DNA from: an uncultured Poribacteria bacterium
Lineage (GTDB): Bacteria; Poribacteria; WGA-4E; WGA-3G
Assembly: GCA_951813565.1 (NCBI GenBank)
Contig: OX638351.1
Span: 5,216,001 to 5,280,000 of the forward strand
Length of the DNA stretch: 64,000 bases
Direction of reading: 5' to 3'
The translations under genes were made by a program, and so were the position numbers. This document shows positions 1 to 8,816 of the stretch, piece by piece. The notes under the pieces were generated by a model. That model did no database searches and was not told the origin of the DNA. It saw nothing but the letters and a program-made list of their open reading frames with translations. The stretch's first letter is position 1. Each line of letters starts with the position of its first letter.

Positions 1-985
1 CTGAAATAGACTCTGACGCTACTTCCAATTCGCCAAAAACTGTGTCTTTGTCTGTCAATACAAAAATATCTCCAATCCTATTCGGGTGAAGACGGAATAT
101 ACGGGCGGCATCTTCTGCAGAATGAACCTCTTCAATACCCGTTGTGTTTAGAAGTGTCCGCACTGCTTGTTCAATATCACTTCTATTATTGAGAAAAACA
201 TACGCTGCACCGCCTAAGTTGCCGTGATGTACTACATACCGATCTTTAATTATAGGTATAGAGATAGCAGGAATACTATGTTGCCTTAAAATACGCCCGG
301 GGTCGAGAGCAAATGTCTTGTCCATCATCCCATGATCAGCGGTGATATATATCTCGCGGTTAGGGTTATCATCTACGATCTCTCCGATGATGCGATCAAG
401 TTCCGCCATGTGCTGTTGGGATAATTCATCTTGCGGGGCATATTTGTGCTGCACCCAATCTGTTGTTGAACAATACACCAGTTCTGGATTATAAGTCTGT
501 AAAGCATAACGGACTGCACGTAGTAACCACCAGTTAATCTCACATGAATAAATCGGTTCAACATGACCCACAGCATCAACATATTCAGATGGTGGTTCTT
601 CTGCTGCAACGGCAATATCAGTTCCGCTTTCCAAAATCCGTAACAACTTCTGTTTTGTCACAAACAGTGCGGTTTTATCTGCAAACTTCGTATTTTTGGC
701 AACCTCAAACAGTGTCGGCGCAAGGAGAAAACGGTTATCCTCAATAAATTCCCCTTTGCCAGTTTTTCTATCAACATAGTAATTAGATGTAATGCCGTGT
801 GTATCAGGAAACGTCCCCGTTGCGATACTCACATTGTTGACATTTGTCACAGACGGGATGACAGCGTTTGCATGCTGATAAAAACCTGCATCTGCTAACT
901 TTTTGATATTTGGTATATCGCTGGCTGCCAAATAATCATGACTTCCCGCATCAATACAGAGTATAAGAATTTTCCGTCTTTTCAC
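1..985 (-). CDS. phnA: Phosphonoacetate hydrolase-like alkaline phosphatase superfamily protein (runs off the window start)
   Basis: Not in the ORF track. Manual translation from GTG at 985 gives MKRRKILILCIDAGSHDY...VIPSVTNVNNVSIATGTFPDTHGITSNYY, resembling the PhnA PSxTNxNNxSIxTG..HGI motif. Metal-binding TADHGM and GxHG segments follow. Confidence 0.75.
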   Translation of the reverse strand, partial: MKRRKILILCIDAGSHDYLAASDIPNIKKLADAGFYQHANAVIPSVTNVNNVSIATGTFPDTHGITSNYYVDRKTGKGEFIEDNRFLLAPTLFEVAKNTKFADKTALFVTKQKLLRILESGTDIAVAAEEPPSEYVDAVGHVEPIYSCEINWWLLRAVRYALQTYNPELVYCSTTDWVQHKYAPQDELSQQHMAELDRIIGEIVDDNPNREIYITADHGMMDKTFALDPGRILRQHSIPAISIPIIKDRYVVHHGNLGGAAYVFLNNRSDIEQAVRTLLNTTGIEEVHSAEDAARIFRLHPNRIGDIFVLTDKDTVFGELEVASESIS

Positions 986-1182
986 ACTATGTTTACGCTT
1001 CCTCTATCCGTTTATGTTGATTAGTACACGCTAATCTGAAAAGCATTATAGCACATACCTTTTTAGTTTATCAAGGGTTTCTAAATGCGGTGTAAATATT
1101 TGTAAATTTCTGAATGTCATAGCACCCACAGCGTAAACGCTGGGGCTTGTGCTTCGTAGCAGTTAGCCTTTTTTCAAAGGTC

Positions 1183-2304
1183 TCACATCTGCTCCACAAG
1201 GGGTTCTAAGCAGCCCCGAAGTATATTGATAGCAGCGTTTATATCTCTATCGTGGTGTGAACCACATTCATTGCATATCCACTGCCTATCTGCAAGAGAA
1301 AGATTATTGTTAGAATGTCCGCAGTTGCTACAAGGTTTTGTTGTAGGTGACCACTGTCCGACTTGATGGCATGCACGATTATGTTTGAAACATTTGAACT
1401 TCACAATCTGAACAAACTGATAGAAACCGAGGTCGGAGACTTTACGTCCCCAGAGTCTTTTCATTCCGTCAAGGTTGAGCGTTTCGGTGACGATAATGTC
1501 AAAGCGTCTGCAAAGGTCTGTAGCAAGTTTCCAGTGCCAATCTCTGCGTTGGTTGCTAACTTTGATATAGAGCCGTGTGAGTTGTCTGATAGCACGATAC
1601 CAGTTGTTAGACCCCTTGACTTTGCGACTAAGGGACTTATTCAGTTTGCGAAGTTGTTTCAAAGATTGTTTATGGAACTGCGGAGACTCTATTTTTTCAC
1701 CAGTGCTGATTGTCAGAAAAGTTTTCAAACCGAAGTCTACGCCCACGCTCTCACCTGTTTGTTGCATAGGTTCGGTAGAAGTATTATCGGTGATGATATA
1801 GAGCCAGTATTCACCAGCATTATCACGAAGGATTTGGATATATCGGACATCTCCGTGCCAGTTGCGGTGTTGATGGAAAGAGAACCAAACACGATTGACT
1901 TTCAAAGATTTAGAATGCATGTCCCACGATTTGAAAGAGAGACGCACACGCCCATCTTCAAGTTTGTAGCCTGTTTGGAACTTAGCAGAACGGTATCTAT
2001 GTTTTCGCTTCGGTTTCGGATGACCGCCTTGACCAGCAAAGAAACGTTGGTATGCGTCATGGATACGGATAATCGCAGCGTCAAGGGTGTCACGAGGTAT
2101 CCAAGCCCAATGTTTATGGGTGCGTTTCAGCAACTTGGTAAGATGCGGTTGCAACTTGTATCTACCAGCATATTTGCCGTAGATGCGGTAATATCGCTTT
2201 TCAAGACGCAGAAAGTGATTATGCACATCACACAAGTCATCAAGCATGTTGCCCAAACGTTTGTTCTTTGGGTGATTGCGTCCCTTATATTTATAGGTTC
2301 GCAT
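1183..2304 (-). CDS. tnpB: RNA-guided endonuclease TnpB
   Basis: RuvC motifs GVDFGLK, ETLNL and HDRDINAAINI, plus a CxxC..CxxC zinc finger. Confidence 0.95.
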   Translation of the reverse strand: MRTYKYKGRNHPKNKRLGNMLDDLCDVHNHFLRLEKRYYRIYGKYAGRYKLQPHLTKLLKRTHKHWAWIPRDTLDAAIIRIHDAYQRFFAGQGGHPKPKRKHRYRSAKFQTGYKLEDGRVRLSFKSWDMHSKSLKVNRVWFSFHQHRNWHGDVRYIQILRDNAGEYWLYIITDNTSTEPMQQTGESVGVDFGLKTFLTISTGEKIESPQFHKQSLKQLRKLNKSLSRKVKGSNNWYRAIRQLTRLYIKVSNQRRDWHWKLATDLCRRFDIIVTETLNLDGMKRLWGRKVSDLGFYQFVQIVKFKCFKHNRACHQVGQWSPTTKPCSNCGHSNNNLSLADRQWICNECGSHHDRDINAAINILRGCLEPLVEQM

Positions 2305-2393
2305 TACTTTACTCCAGCATTACTTCCGATTCCATTCGGTTTCGGTAGAGACCACCTCATGCGAGGTGGATGGAATTCTCTACCTGTAATGCT
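2305..2393 (-). ncRNA. Putative structured 5' leader RNA of tnpB (multi-stem junction with pseudoknot)
   Basis: Stems CAGCATTAC/GTAATGCTG, GGTAGAGA/TCTCTACC, CCACCTC/GAGGTGG and CCGA/TCGG. Bulge ATTCCAT is complementary to ATGGAAT in the last hairpin. Confidence 0.6.
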
Positions 2394-2399
2394 GAGAAT

Positions 2400-2429
2400 A
2401 GTTTAACACACTTGGCACATAATTGTCAA
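2400..2429 (-). promoter_or_regulatory. Sigma70-type promoter of tnpB element 1
   Basis: TTGACA-18 nt-TAAACT with an extended TG. Confidence 0.6.
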
Positions 2430-2534
2430 GCAAAAAAAAGAACGGGCATTCCTCCCCGACCTAAAGCAACGGGGTCTCCTGCCCGAAGATTGATGAATAA
2501 CGGACTTGCGAGGATGAGGATTTCACAGGTTTTT

Positions 2535-2760
2535 GTTGGGTTTCGCTTCGCTCTACCTATAGGTGTCAACTTAAGAAAAATGCTGGATTTTCTCTTGTGG
2601 GAGGGAAACCTTGAAAGCCCGATTTTGTGAGTGTTAACCTGTTAAATCGGGGTTGAAAACCCGCCAAATGCCAAAAAGCGCATTTGGCGTTGATTCACTC
2701 CCACAAGAAGGTATCCTTAAGTTGACATTTATGGGTTTCGCTTCGCTCTACCCAACCTAC
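2535..2760. repeat. Composite repeat: MITE-B (TIR CATAGGTGTCAAYTTAAG) flanked by a duplicated REP GGGTTTCGCTTCGCTCTACC, with an internal REP pair and one hairpin cassette
   Basis: Same layout recurs near 10381-10606, 16266-16762, 34908-35243 and 57273-57655. Confidence 0.75.
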
Positions 2761-2789
2761 AAACGAAGATACCATTCCAATGATAACTA

Positions 2790-3896
2790 TTAATCTTTCA
2801 ACGGGTCTACAGCAATACGAATAGCGTCTTGACGGAACGCATGTGCAAAAGCATCGTCAATATCAGACAAAGGATAAATCTCTCCAATAAGTCCTGCAAA
2901 TGGATACTGCTTCCTACTTCTTTCTATAAAACTCAGAGCAGATTTCAGCACACTGGGATGATAGTTGTGAATACCCCGCAGATTTATACATTTTGTAACA
3001 AGTTGATGAACATTAAACGGAATGTTTTCAAGTGGATAGACATACCCAAGCGTCAAACATCTCCCACCGATTCCCAACCACTCAATCAAATCAGGGAGGG
3101 CAGACGGTGCCCCACTCACTTCAACAGCAAGGTCAACACCGCGTCCACGCGTCAGTTCTTTTAACTTTTCAGAAATGTCTTCGGCAGATGTACTACTTGT
3201 ATTAAATGTGTGTGTTGCACCGAACTGTTCAGCAATCTGTAAGCGGTTTGCGTTTTTATCTACAATTGCTACGATGTCGTAACCTTGCTCTTGCAGAAAA
3301 CATACAGCATAGATGCCCAACATACCAGCACCGTGTATAATCGCTGTCTCACCCGGATATGTTCCAATTGTTTCCAAACCGTTAATAACTGTTGCAAGAG
3401 CACAATTAATAGGGACCGCTTCCTCATCTTTTATCGCATCAGGAATATGATAGATTGTTGTCCCCGCTTTCAACTGAATATGTGATGCAAATCCACCAGA
3501 TAACGTATTTTCATCTGCACACTGGGCATGCCCGTATTTAAACATCGTTTCGCATTTTTGTGGTAGGTTTTTATTTAAACAATAATGACATGCACTACAA
3601 GAAGTCGTCAGACTCCAAATAATTCTGTCGCCTGCACGAAGTAATTTTCCTTCAGCAGAACGCAGACGTGTAGATGCTGCGACAGTACCGACTACCTCAT
3701 GTCCAAGTACACATGGCACTTCCGCGCTGCGTCTGCCCGATACAGTGTGAAGGTCAGAACCACAAATAGTTGCTAACGCAACCTGCACCAGAACAGTGTC
3801 TGCAGTAGCCTTCACAGGCACTTCGCAAATCCCAAATAGGGTGTCTACACCCTGAAATAATGCAATCTGGGCAGCTTCCTTTATGTTTTTAGACAT
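2790..3896 (-). CDS. Zinc-binding alcohol dehydrogenase, putative phosphonate-catabolism-associated (HpnZ-like)
   Basis: ICGSDLH, GHE, structural Zn cysteines, GAGMLG. The LPQKC..KYGH..LSGGFASH segment recalls the phosphonate-associated ADH family. Lies next to phnA. Confidence 0.75.
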   Translation of the reverse strand: MSKNIKEAAQIALFQGVDTLFGICEVPVKATADTVLVQVALATICGSDLHTVSGRRSAEVPCVLGHEVVGTVAASTRLRSAEGKLLRAGDRIIWSLTTSCSACHYCLNKNLPQKCETMFKYGHAQCADENTLSGGFASHIQLKAGTTIYHIPDAIKDEEAVPINCALATVINGLETIGTYPGETAIIHGAGMLGIYAVCFLQEQGYDIVAIVDKNANRLQIAEQFGATHTFNTSSTSAEDISEKLKELTRGRGVDLAVEVSGAPSALPDLIEWLGIGGRCLTLGYVYPLENIPFNVHQLVTKCINLRGIHNYHPSVLKSALSFIERSRKQYPFAGLIGEIYPLSDIDDAFAHAFRQDAIRIAVDPLKD

Positions 3897-3951
3897 TTAT
3901 TCTCCTATCCTAAAATTTGAAAACTAATATATGAATTGTCTAACATTTTAC

Positions 3952-3980
3952 TTGCCACGTCAAGTATTATTTCGTATAAT
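3952..3980 (+). promoter_or_regulatory. Sigma70 promoter of argB
   Basis: TTGCCA-17 nt-TATAAT. Confidence 0.65.
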
Positions 3981-4019
3981 TTATCAACAAGATACATTAT
4001 CAAAAGGAAATAAAATTAA

Positions 4020-4898
4020 ATGAGCCGAACTGCCGACGTTCTTATTGAAGCTTTACCTTATATCCAACGCTTTTACAACCGTAGAATTGTGATAAAATAT
4101 GGCGGTGCAGCGATGGAGGACGAATTACTCATTCACTCCGTAATGGAAGACATTGTTTTGATGAAATATGTTGGTATGCGTCCAATTGTCGTGCACGGCG
4201 GCGGTCCCAAAATCAATACTTGGATGGACAAAGTAGGAAAAGAAGCAGAATTTGTGCAGGGGTTGCGTGTAACCGATGCCGAAACCGTCGAAATTGCTGA
4301 AATGGTCTTAGCAGGAACTATCAACAAAGGCATTGTTGCACGTATCAATCAACATGGCGGTAAGGCGATCGGGCTTTGTGGTAAGGACGCGAATCTAATC
4401 GTTGCTGAAAAACATACTCCGAAAATAATGGATGAAGATGGAAACGAAACCACAGTAGATATCGGATACGTCGGCAAAATCATCGGTGTCAACACGCAGC
4501 CGATTATCACACTTGATGAGGCAGGATACATCCCTGTAATTGCGCCTAACGGAACAGGGGTTGATGGACAAACCTATAATATTAATGCGGATACAATGGC
4601 AGGTGAAATCGCTTCGGCACTTCAAGCCGAAAAACTGATTTTATTGACAGATACCCGTGGAATCTGTAAAGATGCTGAAGATATTTCTACACTTATCCCA
4701 ACTATACGTATGAAGCAAATAAACGCCCTTATTGATGACGGTGTAATTAAGGACGGGATGATACCCAAAATTGAAGCATGTGCCACGGCACTTCTCGGCG
4801 GCGTATCAAAAACACATATTATTGATGGCAAAATTCAGCATTCCCTCCTACTTGAAGTTCTCACAGAAGGCGGTATCGGGACCGAAATTATTAGGTAA
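4020..4898 (+). CDS. argB: Acetylglutamate kinase
   Basis: VIKYGGAAM, VHGGGP, NINAD, GMIPK and HIIDG motifs. Confidence 0.97.
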   Translation: MSRTADVLIEALPYIQRFYNRRIVIKYGGAAMEDELLIHSVMEDIVLMKYVGMRPIVVHGGGPKINTWMDKVGKEAEFVQGLRVTDAETVEIAEMVLAGTINKGIVARINQHGGKAIGLCGKDANLIVAEKHTPKIMDEDGNETTVDIGYVGKIIGVNTQPIITLDEAGYIPVIAPNGTGVDGQTYNINADTMAGEIASALQAEKLILLTDTRGICKDAEDISTLIPTIRMKQINALIDDGVIKDGMIPKIEACATALLGGVSKTHIIDGKIQHSLLLEVLTEGGIGTEIIR

Positions 4899-4917
4899 AC
4901 TTCAGAGAGAAAACACT

Positions 4918-6084
4918 ATGGAAAACCGAAAGAAAATCGCAGCAATCATCACTACCTATTTTCAACACTCTCATGCAGATGTAATCGCAACAAAATACAT
5001 GAAAGGCTTTCCGACAGATGAAGGGCATCGAATGCCGCGTGTTGAATTGGTATCCATCTATCTGGATCAGGTAGATTCACGAGACATAGGGGTCGGTTTA
5101 GCAAAAGAACATGGAGTGCCGATATATCCCAGCATTCGGCAAGCGTTAACGCTCGGTGGCGGTGAACTTGCAGTCGATGGTGTGCTCCTTATCGGTGAAC
5201 ACGGTGACTATCCGCATAACGAGTTTGAACAACACATGTATCCGCGCCGTTATATGTTTGAACAAATTTGCGGTGTGTTTGCCTCAAGTGGTCGATCTGT
5301 TCCTGTGTTCTGTGACAAACACCTTTCATATAATTGGGATGATGCTAATTGGATGTACGAGCGAGCTAAAGCGCTTGAAGTGCCATTCATGGCGGGTTCT
5401 TCGCTGCCGACTTGTTGGCGACAACCTTTTTTGGAACACACACTTGACATGTCTTTGGAATCGGCTATTGGGATAGGTTACGGCGGCGTAGAGTCGTACG
5501 GCTTTCACGCACTTGAGACGTTGCAATGTATGACGGAACGCCGACAAGGCGGCGAATCTGGTGTGGTTGCTATTCAATGTCTTGAAGGTGAGACTGTTTG
5601 GGAAGCAGCTGAGACAGGTCAATGGTCAATGGAGTTAGCAGATGCTGCGTGCGCCCAAATCAAAAATCGTCCGGACAAAACGATTAATGAAGGATGTCCG
5701 AACCCAACTCTGTTCCTAATAGAGCATCGGGATGGTTTTCATTCCGCAGTGCTGATGTTGAATGGCTATGTCACGGACTTCGCTTATGCGGGGAAACATG
5801 GTGATAATATCTATGCAACGGAATTTTATCTACAAAACGGCCCACCACATGCGCATTTTAGCTATTTGAGTCTTAACATTGAGGAGATGTTTGTGACAGG
5901 CACGCCGCAATATCCTGTGGAACGCACCTTGTTGACAACCGGCATTCTGGATGCCATCATGCACTCGCGCGCGCAAGGAAATATCCGACTTCAAACGCCA
6001 CATTTAGCGGAACTTGCGTATCGTTCCTACGACCATACACTTATCCGACCAACAGCACCACGCCCAGAAGGTGCTACATTATAG
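4918..6084 (+). CDS. Conserved hypothetical protein, oxidoreductase-like (Gfo/Idh/MocA-related)
   Basis: Likely start MENRKK at 4918. Contains VDGVLLIGEHGDYP, PVFCDKHLS and YGFHALE. Confidence 0.6.
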   Translation: MENRKKIAAIITTYFQHSHADVIATKYMKGFPTDEGHRMPRVELVSIYLDQVDSRDIGVGLAKEHGVPIYPSIRQALTLGGGELAVDGVLLIGEHGDYPHNEFEQHMYPRRYMFEQICGVFASSGRSVPVFCDKHLSYNWDDANWMYERAKALEVPFMAGSSLPTCWRQPFLEHTLDMSLESAIGIGYGGVESYGFHALETLQCMTERRQGGESGVVAIQCLEGETVWEAAETGQWSMELADAACAQIKNRPDKTINEGCPNPTLFLIEHRDGFHSAVLMLNGYVTDFAYAGKHGDNIYATEFYLQNGPPHAHFSYLSLNIEEMFVTGTPQYPVERTLLTTGILDAIMHSRAQGNIRLQTPHLAELAYRSYDHTLIRPTAPRPEGATL

Positions 6085-6232
6085 TAGATTTTACAATTAC
6101 TTATACACTACGACAAGCGAGGTTAGGAAACCTCCAAATCAAGAAATCAACGGTATGAATCATGGCATTCACATTAAACGCATCAAACTTTTGACATACT
6201 CCCCAAGCTAAAGCATGGGGATTCTTCTATCA

Positions 6233-7390
6233 TCAGAGACTGCCTGCCGAGGCAGGTGTTACGTCTCCTCCTGAAAAGGTTGACGCCCCAACCTTATGAA
6301 TGTTTATAGCAGCGTTTATATCGCGGTCATGAGAGATTTTACAATTATGGCAATACCAATCGCGCACACTCAAATTAAAGAACATTTGGATTTGTCCGCA
6401 GGAATGGCAAACTTTACTTGTGGGTGTCCATCTGTCAATCTGCTTGACATGCTTGCATCGTTTTTGTGCTTGCCATTCGAATTTCTGCATGAAGTCTGCA
6501 AAGCCGTAGTCAGAGACTTTTCGTCCCCAGAGGCGTTTCATGCCGTCAAGGTTCAAGTCTTCAAAGAAACAGACATCAAACTTTCTGACAAGTTCAAGCG
6601 CGAGTTTCCAATGATGGTCTTCACGTTGCCGATTGATTTTCCTGTGTACCCGTGCAAGGTCTTTCCTCGCACACTCGCGATTGTTGCTGCCTTTCTGCTT
6701 CCGAGACAACGCACGGCTCGCACGTTTTATCAGTTTAGCAGCAGATTTATAGCATTCAGGAGATTGATATTTCGTGCCATCGGAACAGGTGAGGAAGTGC
6801 TTGAGTCCAAAGTCAAACCCTGCTGTCCTACCAGTCTTAGGTGCAGGCTCAAGTCCCTCAGTGTCTGTTGTGATAGTGATATACCAATCCCCTACAAAGT
6901 CTTTCTTAACGGTAACCTGTTTGATGTTGCCTTCAATAGGTCGGCTATACCAGAATCGGTACCAGCGTCTATTGATACGGATTTTCGCAACGGGGCAGCC
7001 ATCTATTTTGTCAATAGTTTCTATCTTAACTTGGCTACCATCAAAAGTCATAGATTTGTATTTATACCGACTTCTAAATTTAGGCGGACGCTTGGCTCTA
7101 CCTTCAAAGAAGTTTTGCCAACCTCTGTCAACACGTTGGATACATTCCTGCAAACACCAAGAATACGGAACAGTCCAGTGTTGATATTTAGCAAGTCGTT
7201 TCAGTTTCGTCAGATGTTTAATCATTCTGTAGCAGCTTGGACGCTTATAGTCTTCGCAATGTCCGTAGATGCGATAGTGACGCTGCCACAACGCAATAAA
7301 ATGGTTGTGGACATGCGCAATGATACGCAGGTCTTTTTGCAGATGACGATTGCGTTTATGTTTTTGTCCCTTGTATTTGTAGGTTCGCAT
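6233..7390 (-). CDS. tnpB: RNA-guided endonuclease TnpB
   Basis: GFDFGLK, FEDLNL, HDRDINAAINI and a zinc finger. Confidence 0.95.
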   Translation of the reverse strand: MRTYKYKGQKHKRNRHLQKDLRIIAHVHNHFIALWQRHYRIYGHCEDYKRPSCYRMIKHLTKLKRLAKYQHWTVPYSWCLQECIQRVDRGWQNFFEGRAKRPPKFRSRYKYKSMTFDGSQVKIETIDKIDGCPVAKIRINRRWYRFWYSRPIEGNIKQVTVKKDFVGDWYITITTDTEGLEPAPKTGRTAGFDFGLKHFLTCSDGTKYQSPECYKSAAKLIKRASRALSRKQKGSNNRECARKDLARVHRKINRQREDHHWKLALELVRKFDVCFFEDLNLDGMKRLWGRKVSDYGFADFMQKFEWQAQKRCKHVKQIDRWTPTSKVCHSCGQIQMFFNLSVRDWYCHNCKISHDRDINAAINIHKVGASTFSGGDVTPASAGSL

Positions 7391-7474
7391 TACATATCCT
7401 TCGCATTACAATACCACTTTCAAATGGTGCGGTGGCACTCTCAAGCGAGAGGTGAAATCCACCGCTGTAATACT
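7391..7474 (-). ncRNA. Putative structured 5' leader RNA of tnpB
   Basis: GTATTACA/TGTAATGC, GCGGTGG/CCACCGC, CTCTC/GAGAG and ACCAT/GTGGT stems. Bulge TTTCA is complementary to loop TGAAA. Confidence 0.6.
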
Positions 7475-7480
7475 GGAGAT

Positions 7481-7509
7481 AGTATAACACAAACGCAAGG
7501 AAAAATCAA
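7481..7509 (-). promoter_or_regulatory. Sigma70-type promoter of tnpB element 2
   Basis: TTGATT-17 nt-TATACT with an extended TG. Confidence 0.6.
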
Positions 7510-7618
7510 CAAAAAAATGGAGACGTTAGCGGTGTCTACATCCCCGAGCTAAAGCAACGGGGTTTTGACACCGAAGATTGATAAAGAACTTGTAAAGATA
7601 ATTTTAGATTTCACTATA

Positions 7619-7776
7619 ATAACGCAAGTTGCTACTTACAAAATTTTGAACAAAAAGACGATGTTTTTCCTAAAAAACAAGGGTTTTTCGTTGATTCTGG
7701 ATGTCTTTTGTTATAAATCGGGGTTAGAAACCCCTCCTACAAGAGAATTTACGAAATCGGTAGCAACTTGGGTTAT
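7619..7776. repeat. MITE-A (TA-ACCYAAGTTGCYAC...GTRGCAACTTRGGT-TA) with an internal GTAG REP
   Basis: Four similar copies in the window with terminal inverted repeats and TA flanks. Confidence 0.8.
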
Positions 7777-7803
7777 AATATAGATAATGCGAAGTTAACT
7801 TTT

Positions 7804-8304
7804 CTATGCATCTGCTTTCAGTTCCTGAAATATCTGCGCGAGTTTTTCTTGCGTAGCATTCGGATCTTCAATGATAATCCTTGCTCCCCCGATAACATCC
7901 ATAAACCCTAATTCGCGTGGATAGCGCGGAACAACGTGCAAGTGTAGATGTGGAATACTCGCGCCAGAGGATTCTCCCATATTATAACCTACGTTAAAAC
8001 CACGTGGTTGATAGGCACGCGTCAAAACCTCAAAACTGAGACATTGTAGATCATGAAGTTCCTGAACCTCCTCGGAACGCAATTCCCTCGTATCAATTAT
8101 ATGCCGATTCGGAAAGATGAGGAGGTGTCCAGGGCTATACGGATAAAGATTGAGTGAAATTGTAAAAAGTTCTGTCCGATGGACTTCAAGACGTTCAACT
8201 TTTTCATCTTTTTCAACAATTGCACACAGAATACACGCTACGTCTGGTCTGTTTTTTCCTTTAGCATAGGGCATTTTGTTCGGCACAAAAAGGTTTTTTC
8301 GCAT
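7804..8304 (-). CDS. HIT family hydrolase (Ap4A phosphorylase/FHIT-like)
   Basis: CILC, NLYPYSPGHLL, GFNVGYN and the HLHLHVVPR triad. Confidence 0.9.
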   Translation of the reverse strand: MRKNLFVPNKMPYAKGKNRPDVACILCAIVEKDEKVERLEVHRTELFTISLNLYPYSPGHLLIFPNRHIIDTRELRSEEVQELHDLQCLSFEVLTRAYQPRGFNVGYNMGESSGASIPHLHLHVVPRYPRELGFMDVIGGARIIIEDPNATQEKLAQIFQELKADA

Positions 8305-8816
8305 TCAGGATTCCTATGAAATAGGGGTTATGATCGTAATACATATCATAATATAGAATTTTCTTGATACTTGCAAGCGTTATTCATGGGTGTACAGGGT
8401 TATACCGAATTAACTTGATCCTACTCGGTAGAAGCCAAATCATGGAGAATGTCAAACGCGCATTCTCCATGATTTGGCAATGAATAGCGGACTACAACAC
8501 GTTTCTTGTTATTGATAGGAAATCATTCAGAAATGGTGTTAGAGCCTTTATAGAATGAGGTGTTTGGCATAGTAGCATAACGAAAGGATTCAACGACTTC
8601 TATTAGGTTTTAACGTCTGTGAAGAGGTTAAGTTATACCAATTCTATGAATTATTTTCTCTTTTGAAATGAGATGTAAGAGGCGCAATGAATTGCGCGAC
8701 TACGAACAGGCTATTTTTTTTGAGATGTTATTTTTTAGAAACCGAAAAGTCGCGACCAGGAGGTCGCTCCTACAGGGAAGAGAAGAGCGTTAAGAATATG
8801 GGCTTACAAAGCCTTT

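Larger units (their letters stand above)
1116..2492 (-). mobile_element. IS200/IS605 family tnpB-only (IS1341-like) element 1
   Basis: Subterminal hairpins at both ends. Right end finishes in TGAC; left end follows target TCAT (2493-2496). No tnpA. Confidence 0.85.
6191..7580 (-). mobile_element. IS200/IS605 family tnpB-only element 2
   Basis: Near-identical to 37841-39230, and identity stops at the predicted ends. Right end TCAA; target TTAT. Confidence 0.92.
6079..7619. repeat. MITE-E (TTATAGT...ACTATAA ends) split by tnpB element 2
   Basis: Halves 6079-6190 and 7581-7619 resemble the intact copies at 27493-27607, 41154-41289 and 42337-42468. Confidence 0.65.

Noticed and set aside
1363..2406. 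Long plus-strand ORFs opposite tnpB (also 6296-7552 and 37946-39202)
   Set aside because: Antisense shadows of tnpB with no recognisable motifs.
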